From assembly GCA_022452125.1 (NCBI GenBank), contig JAKURJ010000001.1:1-47035 (forward strand): DNA of 47,035 nucleotides, given 5' to 3'. Made by a program: the position numbers and the translations under genes. Positions 35,938 to 43,950 of this stretch are shown here, piece after piece. Every line of letters starts with the position of its first letter. The first letter of the stretch is position 1. The notes below the pieces were generated by a model that saw only the letters and a program-made list of their open reading frames with translations, did no database searches and had not been told where the DNA came from. Origin of the DNA: Candidatus Poseidoniaceae archaeon. Its GTDB lineage: Archaea; Thermoplasmatota; Poseidoniia; Poseidoniales; Poseidoniaceae.

Positions 35938-36858
35938 ATGAGTGAGGTCACTGTTCAGGTTGGAGGCCACGTGACTCTCCTTTTCTCAGTTCACTCAAAA
36001 CCTCTGCTAGCTAGAAATCAAGGCTCCAAAGGAGCAGGTTTCTGTCTAGAGGATGGTGTTTTGTCGACAGTTCGCACTCTGCCAAAAGGCTCTGACATGA
36101 TTACGGTAACTTCAATGGACGGGAGTCCGTTTGCCGAGGGCGAACAATTGTATCTTGAAATGCTAAACGCATTTAGAGAATTATTCAGCATTGAATCATC
36201 AGTTGGTATTGATGTCCAGTTAGAGTTACCAGTTTCACAAGGCTTCGGCATGTCCGCCGCAGGGTTGTTTGCGACCAGCCTTGCTCTTGGTGAATTGTTT
36301 GACCGTGGTGATGAAGGCCAACTTGCCAGACTTGCTCATAGAATCGAAAGGAAGTTTTCGGGGGGCCTAGGCGATATTCTTGGCCTATGGGCAGGGGGGT
36401 GTGAACTGAGAGTTACTCCAGGCAGCCCTCCTTTCCCAGGAAAAGCATACGGATTTGATGTCGGTTGCCCTGCAATTTTAGTTTGGGACCCTGAGGGAGA
36501 AAAGCACACTTCGGATTACATTGACAATCCCGAATGGAAGATGAAGATAACAGAAGCTGGTGATTCAGCAGTTGAACGGTTGGAAAGGTTTGATTGGAAT
36601 CTGAATGTTTGGAGTAGTTTGCTAGAAGAGGCAGATCGTTTTGCATTAGAATCTGGATTACTTGATGAAAGTGCCAGAGCAAATCTATTCAGCACAGTGC
36701 AAGAGTACTCGGATGATACTATGAGTTGTCATTTGTGTATGTTAGGTACCTCTTTGATTGTCGTACCAAGGAATTTACAATCGGATTTCGATACCAGTGA
36801 ACTAGCACAGAGGCTTAGGGCGCTTGGCTTAGGTGTTAGAGAAACTATTCTTCAGTAG
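35938..36858 (+). CDS. GHMP-family kinase, most like archaeal pantoate kinase
   Basis: The N-terminus GGHVTLLFSV...GSKGAGFCLEDGV and the GHMP motif LPVSQGFGMSAAG match my recollection of COG1829 pantoate kinases (shITgfF..GS.GAG; GfG.SgA). Confidence 0.5.
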   Translation: MSEVTVQVGGHVTLLFSVHSKPLLARNQGSKGAGFCLEDGVLSTVRTLPKGSDMITVTSMDGSPFAEGEQLYLEMLNAFRELFSIESSVGIDVQLELPVSQGFGMSAAGLFATSLALGELFDRGDEGQLARLAHRIERKFSGGLGDILGLWAGGCELRVTPGSPPFPGKAYGFDVGCPAILVWDPEGEKHTSDYIDNPEWKMKITEAGDSAVERLERFDWNLNVWSSLLEEADRFALESGLLDESARANLFSTVQEYSDDTMSCHLCMLGTSLIVVPRNLQSDFDTSELAQRLRALGLGVRETILQ

Positions 36859-37933
36859 GCTGATTTAGCGGTTCTAGGTTCAAGGGACCGCAGTCAAGTA
36901 AAACCGTGCCCGGGATGTGGACATTTTCACAGAAACCATGTCTGAACACTAAGGCTCCTTGGCCCCATGTATCGACATAACGCCCAGCCTGCCTAACGAT
37001 TTTCTTTCTTTGAAAGTTGACATCAGCGCCGTAGAAATGCTTGGCATCTATCCATGCAACAGGTTCGCCATTAATTTCTACATGGTCTAAGAATAACAAG
37101 TCTGGAGTGTTTACTGGCCTTCCATGTTTGGCCATTTGTTCTTTCACCATCTCACCTTGACGTCGGACTCTTACGCCTTGTTCTTCAAACCAATCTGCAA
37201 GAATGTCCTCGAAAAGGTCTGCTCTCGAATGAGTTTCAGATTGGTCAACATTGCTAACTCTGTCAGCGGCTTCCGCTGCTTTGAACTCATTCCTTTCTCT
37301 TTCTTTGAATTTTGAAGGTGAACGCAGCGTTTCTTTGATTCTAGATTTCGACCATCCCATTTCTTTGAGTACAACACGGAATACATTCATTGGCGGGAAA
37401 TCGAATTTCTTTGAAAGTTTAACAATGGTCAAGCCTTCTCTGTATAGCCTAGCAATCGCTTTTCCTCTTGACTGTAGTTGTCCGTGTGAATATACTGTTT
37501 TTTGTTGCAGTAAAGCACTCCGCAATGATAGTGCTTGGTCTAGAGTCATATCTAAGTCGTCAACCATTTCTCCGATTTCAGCGACCCTTTCATCCGATAG
37601 CCATCCAAATTCGCCACGACGGACTACTTTAGCAGCTAGAACAGATTCAGTCTTCAGAGTTACAGGATTATTTTCCCATTCGAATGAAAAACGCCTAGGC
37701 TCCTCAAAATCTTCTGGGATTGCGATCGGTAGAGGGTTTTGTGAAAACCTTTCATCCGCAGCTTTTTTTGCGGCAGAGTCGTATTCAGCATGCCTTTCAA
37801 TCAGCAAATGCTTGGCAGTTCCACCATGTTGTTTTGGCTTTCTCGGCTTCTTGCGACGGCGGCTATTTTTCTTTGAACCGCCTTCTGCCATGGCACCGTC
37901 TGGGCGCCCCCGTTCCATAGACAAACCGGTCAT
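36845..37933 (-). CDS. TPD-motif / CDIN1 (C15orf41)-like protein with PD-(D/E)xK nuclease-like C-terminal domain
   Basis: It has a basic N-terminus (KKNSRRRKKPRKPK) and a central HTH-like segment. The C-terminal VNTPDLLFLDHVEINGEPVAWIDAKHFYG provides P-D (aa 277-278, nt 37100-37105) and D-A-K (aa 296-298). This is the PD...(D/E)xK pattern. Confidence 0.45.
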   Translation of the reverse strand: MTGLSMERGRPDGAMAEGGSKKNSRRRKKPRKPKQHGGTAKHLLIERHAEYDSAAKKAADERFSQNPLPIAIPEDFEEPRRFSFEWENNPVTLKTESVLAAKVVRRGEFGWLSDERVAEIGEMVDDLDMTLDQALSLRSALLQQKTVYSHGQLQSRGKAIARLYREGLTIVKLSKKFDFPPMNVFRVVLKEMGWSKSRIKETLRSPSKFKERERNEFKAAEAADRVSNVDQSETHSRADLFEDILADWFEEQGVRVRRQGEMVKEQMAKHGRPVNTPDLLFLDHVEINGEPVAWIDAKHFYGADVNFQRKKIVRQAGRYVDTWGQGALVFRHGFCENVHIPGTVLLDCGPLNLEPLNQPTEE

Positions 37934-38403
37934 TCTATCCTCGATAAATCAGAGATAAATTGTTCACCTTGTTTTTTCATAAATGCATTAATCTGCTTTG
38001 AAAACACTGACAGAATTAATGAAACTTCGCAGCTAGCGTGTACTTCAATACCCCCGTCTTCTTGGTAAAGGAATGTAATTGAAATCTGCAGATTCTTCAA
38101 ACCCTTCGCAATCGGACGTTCATTTCTGCTTTGACCTTCTCCCAATAACTCGATTTCACAGAAATCTTCTCCTTCACGAATCGATTTTACCAACCATTTT
38201 GTTTCTATTAGACTGCCTTTGATTAGTTGGAAAATTGCGATGTGATCGCCCTCATCTAGCGACTCAGGCTTAGTGGCTAGCATACTCTTAGCACTGCTAT
38301 TCCAGTCCGGCCACTTGCTGGGGTTTCTGAATGCAGCAAGGCCTTTTTTGACTTGTTCTGGAGGCATCTGCTCTCTAGCAGTGTGAGAGAATACTCTGCC
38401 CAT
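37930..38403 (-). CDS. small SRPBCC/START-like protein (tentative)
   Basis: The size of 157 aa, the alternating beta-like pattern and a long C-terminal helix fit the fold. The start of the TPD-motif gene overlaps this gene's stop by 4 nt. Confidence 0.3.
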   Translation of the reverse strand: MGRVFSHTAREQMPPEQVKKGLAAFRNPSKWPDWNSSAKSMLATKPESLDEGDHIAIFQLIKGSLIETKWLVKSIREGEDFCEIELLGEGQSRNERPIAKGLKNLQISITFLYQEDGGIEVHASCEVSLILSVFSKQINAFMKKQGEQFISDLSRIE

Positions 38404-38436
38404 GTAAATCCCAAGTTGTGATACAGCATTGATGTT

Positions 38437-41160
38437 GTGGACAATTATGCCATCACTTCAAGTGAGAGAAGCAGATGGGAGTCTATGCGACGCATATTGG
38501 CTCTAGCCGTTGTTTTGGTTATGGTTCTCCCAATCGTATCTGTTGCAGATGAAGAACAAGGCCCCTTGGGATGGGCTGTTTCAGGAGGCGGATTTGATGA
38601 AGACATTCTTGCAGGACATGTCGTTTTGGATGATGGCAGCACGGTAGTTGCAGGCTCATTTACCTCAGCGATTATGTTCGAAGATATCGGTTTAGGAGCA
38701 GTGGGGCTTTCTGGCGACACGGACATGTATATTGCAATAATGAATGCGACAGGAAATTGGACTTCTGCTTTCAGTTTCGGTAGTACAGGTGCTGACGGAA
38801 TTGATGCAATAGCACTTCACAACTCCGGAGATCTAATTCTACTCGGACACTTTTGTCTTGGTACTGCGGGTGAAGCCTGTGAGATGAACATGTCATCCTT
38901 CACACTCAACAAAAGTCAAGACAATCAAGAAGGAGACGCTTTCGTAGGCCGTTTCGCTCTATCAGGAAACACAATTACCCCGATTTGGGTTAGAACTATC
39001 TCAAATCAAGATGACCTTACAGGCTTCGATATAGCAGTAGGTCCCAACGGGGGGATTTCCGTAGGAATCTTCCACAAGGGATTCCTGTGGGTAGAAAATG
39101 AATTTTTGTCTGGGGCTGAAGGAACTAGCGTAGCTTTACTCCACTATGATGAAAATGGGCAATTGATGTGGGCTAATGGAATTAACAGCCCTGGTGGAAT
39201 TGAGGCCTTTGGAGGTATGTGCTACTCTTTGGACGGATATCTTCATGTTACAGGGACTTTTATTGATTCAATAATGTTCGTTGAGCGAACAGATTCGCTA
39301 GGTGAAGCAGATATTTATGTTGCACAATTGGACGGTACAGGCAATTTCACTTGGACTTCATTTGCCGGAGGAACAGGTGAAGAATGGGCTAACGATTGCG
39401 CAGTTGACAGCACAGGAACCGTTCACATAGTAGGCCAATTAGAAGGGACTGCAACTTTTGGTTTCATTAACGCAACATCAAACGGTTGGAGAGATATGTT
39501 CCACGCTACTATCACATCAAATGGGATATGGAGCAATGTGAATAATGCTGGTGGCGGCGGTTGGGAGTTGATTGAAACTCTTATCATCGATTCCAAGGAC
39601 AACATTATCGTTACAGGAACATACACTTCGACATTTACTTTGGGTGTTGACCAACTATCTGACAAAGACTCCAATGGCGAAAAGAGAGATGTGTTCGTTG
39701 CACAAATCGACCCTGCTAATGAATGGGTTTGGGCGGTTTCAGCAGGCGGCTCTGGCGACGACGTAGCTCGTTCACTCCACTTTGGGCTGGATGAATCACC
39801 ATTGATTGGGATGGCTATACAGAACACAGTTACAATGGGTAATTTCAGCGTTTCATCTTCGGGGTACAGCGATATTGCAATTTGGAATTATGCAAGAGAC
39901 CACGATTCAGATGGAATTACAGACGGCTCAGACAACTGTCCTAGAGTTGCGAATCCAGAGCAACTCGATACCGACGGCGATTTGTACGGTGATTCATGTG
40001 ATGACGATGATGATGGCGATTCAATCGGAGATGATTGGGATGATTGCACACCGGGAGAGACCGGCTGGATTTCATCTCCAATTACCGACCATGATAGTGA
40101 TGGATGCAGAGACGCCTCTGAAGACCTAGATGATGATGAAGACGGAATATTCGATCACTACGATGAATGCCCAGAAGGGCCCGTAGGATGGACTTCTACG
40201 ATTGAGAACGATGAAGATCAAGACGGTTGCGAAGACGTAGATACAGATGGAGATGGCTACGTTGACCAGTTAGACAAGTGCCCTGAAATTTATGATGACC
40301 AATCAGATTTGGATGGAGATGGAATTGGCGATGCCTGTGAAAACGATACAGATGGCGATGGTATTCTCGACGAATACGATGAATGCCCATCCGATTCATT
40401 CGACTGGGTTAGTGAACACGATATTGACCACGACCAAGATGGTTGTAGAGATGCTGATAGGGATGCGGATGACGACGGTGACAACGTTTTGGACTTGTCA
40501 GACGATTGCCCTCGTGGTGAAATAAATTGGAACGCATCATTCGACCATGATGGCGACGGATGCCACGATGATCTAGAAGATACAGACGATGATTCCGACG
40601 GGATTTCTGATTCTCAGGACCTCTGTCCAAGAGGCTATGTTGGACAAGCAGGTGTTGGAATGGATTTGGATCAAGACGGATGTGTTGATACAACCGAAGA
40701 TGATGATGACGACAACGATGGAGTTACGGATTCAGATGACAAATGCAGATACACTCCTAGTGGCATGGATGTAGATTCTGAAGGTTGTTCCGGTGTTCAG
40801 TTAGACGATGATGGAGACGGTGTTCACAACCTGAACGACCTATGCCCTTCAACACCAATCGGTGAAGTGGTGTCTTCCACAGGTTGTACTGTAGAAACCA
40901 GTGATGATACCAAAGCTAGTAGCGATGAAGAAAATTCATTTTCACTGATTACGATTCTATTCGTAATCGCGGGGATATTAGTTGCTGTAGCGGCTTATGT
41001 TACTTTCAAACCACAACCACCACTGCCGCCTAAGCCAGTGCCGAAAGTAGGCGCAGAGACTAACTCAACTGTAAACGATGGAGGGGGCCAAGGGGATGGC
41101 GGAAGCACTTCTACCGACGTCAGTGACTCCAGCCTCGATGTCGACGCTAGTGAGTCCTAG
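38437..41160 (+). CDS. large anchored surface protein: beta-propeller-like repeats, ~12 thrombospondin-type-3-like Ca-binding repeats, C-terminal TM anchor
   Basis: There is an N-terminal signal or anchor (ILALAVVLVMVLPIVSVA). Recurrent ...GG.G.D.a..v..d..G..iv.G.f.gt..f units follow, then DxDxDGxxDxxDxCP repeats across aa ~500-790. The TM helix is ITILFVIAGILVAVAAYV, followed by a P-rich tail. Confidence 0.7.
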   Translation: MDNYAITSSERSRWESMRRILALAVVLVMVLPIVSVADEEQGPLGWAVSGGGFDEDILAGHVVLDDGSTVVAGSFTSAIMFEDIGLGAVGLSGDTDMYIAIMNATGNWTSAFSFGSTGADGIDAIALHNSGDLILLGHFCLGTAGEACEMNMSSFTLNKSQDNQEGDAFVGRFALSGNTITPIWVRTISNQDDLTGFDIAVGPNGGISVGIFHKGFLWVENEFLSGAEGTSVALLHYDENGQLMWANGINSPGGIEAFGGMCYSLDGYLHVTGTFIDSIMFVERTDSLGEADIYVAQLDGTGNFTWTSFAGGTGEEWANDCAVDSTGTVHIVGQLEGTATFGFINATSNGWRDMFHATITSNGIWSNVNNAGGGGWELIETLIIDSKDNIIVTGTYTSTFTLGVDQLSDKDSNGEKRDVFVAQIDPANEWVWAVSAGGSGDDVARSLHFGLDESPLIGMAIQNTVTMGNFSVSSSGYSDIAIWNYARDHDSDGITDGSDNCPRVANPEQLDTDGDLYGDSCDDDDDGDSIGDDWDDCTPGETGWISSPITDHDSDGCRDASEDLDDDEDGIFDHYDECPEGPVGWTSTIENDEDQDGCEDVDTDGDGYVDQLDKCPEIYDDQSDLDGDGIGDACENDTDGDGILDEYDECPSDSFDWVSEHDIDHDQDGCRDADRDADDDGDNVLDLSDDCPRGEINWNASFDHDGDGCHDDLEDTDDDSDGISDSQDLCPRGYVGQAGVGMDLDQDGCVDTTEDDDDDNDGVTDSDDKCRYTPSGMDVDSEGCSGVQLDDDGDGVHNLNDLCPSTPIGEVVSSTGCTVETSDDTKASSDEENSFSLITILFVIAGILVAVAAYVTFKPQPPLPPKPVPKVGAETNSTVNDGGGQGDGGSTSTDVSDSSLDVDASES

Positions 41161-43884
41161 GTCGCTACAGATGAAGTCTGAAGCCGCCCCTAAAATTGCA
41201 GCTTCATCCAATGTACCATTAATCATCAACTTCTCTTCGTCAGACCATTTGAAAATTTGTGGAAGCATTCTCTTACCCCAGAATCCCATTATTTCGCCTC
41301 GCATTTCACCTTGGGCGAAAGGTAACCCGGACAAAACTCCGGCGAAGGTTTTGACATTTTCACCAGAATTGATGTGTTCAATCGCTGCTTGTGCCAACTC
41401 TCTCTTCCACGGTCTTGAAATGTGCACTGTGGCATGACTAGGCTCACTGCCTATGTGCTTGACTGCAATCTTAGCAACCTTTCTTGCTTGCTCTAGGAAT
41501 GAGCGAAGATAAGATTCGGCTTCTAGTGCTGCAACTTCTTCCTCGCTCAATTCTCCAGGTAAATCGAAGACCCTTCCCGCCATCAAATCGGTGTTGCCTT
41601 GCATTTTCCACCAATCTTCTGCTATGTGTGGCGTTGCGATAGAAATCATATGAGTCCATACATTGAGGATTTCCTTACCAACTTCTGGATTAGCTCCTCC
41701 TCTTCTTCGATACCAATTCAGGTCTTTGACTAAGTCGAAGTGACTTGCATCTACTGCGCCACGTAAGTCGTAATTATCCATTGCATTCTGCCACTGCAAG
41801 CATCTCTGTTTGAGACGGGCCTGCATCCACAAATCGATTTCACTAGCACTACCATTCCATTCCAATATATTGGAAGGCATTCCATACAATTGAACCATCT
41901 GTCTGTAATTAGCCTCGAGTGCCGAGTCTGACCAATCCATTCCAGCAGTAGGATTGGCAGCAAACAGAATGAACAATCTTACAGTATCTGCTCCGTATTT
42001 TTCGATCATTACTTCTGGAGAAACGGTGTTTCCGAGGCTTTTACTCATCTTTGCACTTCTCTCAGTTAGTATGAAACTACATTGGGGGCATTGCTGGCCA
42101 GCATGGTCGACAGACAATGTAATTCCACAAGGCTCACACCAAGGCGCTGATTTGTTGACCATGCCTTGACATAACAGTTCTTCAAACGGCTCGTCAATAT
42201 TGTGTAATCCAATGTCACGCAATGCCTTTGTCCAGAATCTAGCATAGATTAAGTGCATTTGAGCGTGTTCGATACCTCCACAGTAGAAATCAACATTCAT
42301 CCAGTGGTTTGCGATTTCAGGATTGAAACAATTCTCAGTCTGCATTGGGTCTGTAAATCTTAGGAAGTACCATGAGGAGTCTACGAATGTGTCCATTGTA
42401 TCGGTTTCTCTCTTTGCAGGCTTACCACATTTTGGACAATCCACATTTAGGAAAGATTCACTCGTCTCGAGCGGGTTTCCTTTGCCATCGAAAACAACGT
42501 CCCTCGGTAATTCAACTGGCAGTTGGTCTTCTGGAACTGGTACAGCTCCGCAAGAATCACAATGAATAATTGGAATTGGTGTTCCCCAATACCTTTGTCT
42601 ACTAATCAGCCAAGGCCTAATCTTCCAATTGATTGTACCATTTCCAGCGCCTATTTTTTCAAGCGCTTCGCAAACTGCAGATTTTGCTTCAGCACCATAC
42701 AGGCCATCAAATCCTTCGATCCCAGAGTTTACCATCCACCCCAAATCGCATTCAGCAGCTTTTAGTTCGGTATCAGCAGATTCGTCTTCGGACATAATCA
42801 GAACACGTTTTATTGGAATCTCGTATTTCTTGGCGAATTCAAAGTCTCTTTCATCATGGCCTGGAACAGCCATCACAGCACCAGTGCCGTACGATGCTAT
42901 TACGAAATTACCAACCCAGATAGGGATTCTGTCGCCGGTTAAGGGGTGGATAGCAAATGCTCCAGTAGGAACACCCTTTTTCTTACCCATATTTTTGATT
43001 CTGTCAAATTCGCTCATTGTGATTATTTCATCATGAAGAATCTTCCAATCATGTTCATACTCGGTGCCGGACACTAATTTTTGAGCCAATTCATGTTCGG
43101 GGGCCAAAGTAACGAATGTAACACCAAACAGAGTATCTGGTCTAGTAGTGAAGACACGGATATTTGCATCCATTCCTTCGACTGCAAATTCGATTTCAGC
43201 TCCTTCAGATCGTCCTATCCAATCTTGCTGCAATGCCTTTACATTTTGTGGGAAATTTATCGTTTCCAACCCATCGAGCAACTCTTGAGCATATTTTGTA
43301 ATGTCTAGGAACCATTGGCTCATCCCCTTTTGGATAACTGGTGCATTACACCTCCAACATCTTCCTGCCTTTACTTGCTCGTTTGCAAGAACAGTGCTGC
43401 ATGGCTCACACCAATTAACGGGAGCGAACTCTTGGTAGGCAAGGCCTCTCTCAAGGAATTTCAGGAAAAACCACTGGTTCCATCGATAGTATTGCGGGTC
43501 GTGACTTTTGACAAGTCGCCTCCAGTCGTAAGAGAACCCCATGCGCTTGATTTGTTCTGTAATTGAAGCCATATTTTTTTCAGTGATATCATGTGGATGC
43601 CCACCTTCAGCGATAGCAGCATTTTCTGCAGGCATTCCAAATGAATCGAATCCCATGGGGTAGAGAACATCGAATCCCATCAGCCTCTTGTATCGAGCTA
43701 CCGCGTCACCAATAGAATAGTTTCTAACGTGCCCCATATGCATTTTCCCTGACGGATATGGGTACATTTCTAGGCAATAGAATACAGGGTTACCCTCATT
43801 ATATTCTACATTGAAAATGCCAGAATCTTCCCAAGCCTTCTGCCAGGATAGTTCTGTATTTTGTGGAATATAATCCGACATCAA
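41065..43884 (-). CDS. leuS: leucyl-tRNA synthetase
   Basis: The HIGH motif appears as HMGHVRNY and KMSKS is present. A CP1 editing insertion and archaeal-type length are seen. The track start is TTG. The adjacent ATG at 43881 is the likely start. Confidence 0.92.
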   Translation of the reverse strand: MMSDYIPQNTELSWQKAWEDSGIFNVEYNEGNPVFYCLEMYPYPSGKMHMGHVRNYSIGDAVARYKRLMGFDVLYPMGFDSFGMPAENAAIAEGGHPHDITEKNMASITEQIKRMGFSYDWRRLVKSHDPQYYRWNQWFFLKFLERGLAYQEFAPVNWCEPCSTVLANEQVKAGRCWRCNAPVIQKGMSQWFLDITKYAQELLDGLETINFPQNVKALQQDWIGRSEGAEIEFAVEGMDANIRVFTTRPDTLFGVTFVTLAPEHELAQKLVSGTEYEHDWKILHDEIITMSEFDRIKNMGKKKGVPTGAFAIHPLTGDRIPIWVGNFVIASYGTGAVMAVPGHDERDFEFAKKYEIPIKRVLIMSEDESADTELKAAECDLGWMVNSGIEGFDGLYGAEAKSAVCEALEKIGAGNGTINWKIRPWLISRQRYWGTPIPIIHCDSCGAVPVPEDQLPVELPRDVVFDGKGNPLETSESFLNVDCPKCGKPAKRETDTMDTFVDSSWYFLRFTDPMQTENCFNPEIANHWMNVDFYCGGIEHAQMHLIYARFWTKALRDIGLHNIDEPFEELLCQGMVNKSAPWCEPCGITLSVDHAGQQCPQCSFILTERSAKMSKSLGNTVSPEVMIEKYGADTVRLFILFAANPTAGMDWSDSALEANYRQMVQLYGMPSNILEWNGSASEIDLWMQARLKQRCLQWQNAMDNYDLRGAVDASHFDLVKDLNWYRRRGGANPEVGKEILNVWTHMISIATPHIAEDWWKMQGNTDLMAGRVFDLPGELSEEEVAALEAESYLRSFLEQARKVAKIAVKHIGSEPSHATVHISRPWKRELAQAAIEHINSGENVKTFAGVLSGLPFAQGEMRGEIMGFWGKRMLPQIFKWSDEEKLMINGTLDEAAILGAASDFICSDLGLTSVDIEAGVTDVGRSASAIPLAPSIVYS

Positions 43885-43891
43885 AACCCCT

Positions 43892-43911
43892 CTTCGCCCC
43901 TACGGGGCGAG
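43892..43911 (-). terminator. GC hairpin followed by TTTT between the upstream gene and the leuS start
   Basis: The - strand reads CTCGCCCC-GTA-GGGGCGAG(A)... then AGAGGGGTTTTG-ATG. The 7-8 bp stem has a 3-nt loop. It could terminate the upstream gene or be a leuS leader element. Confidence 0.3.
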
Positions 43912-43950
43912 TAGCCGACATATGTAATGGCCTTGAAACCATCTACAGAA

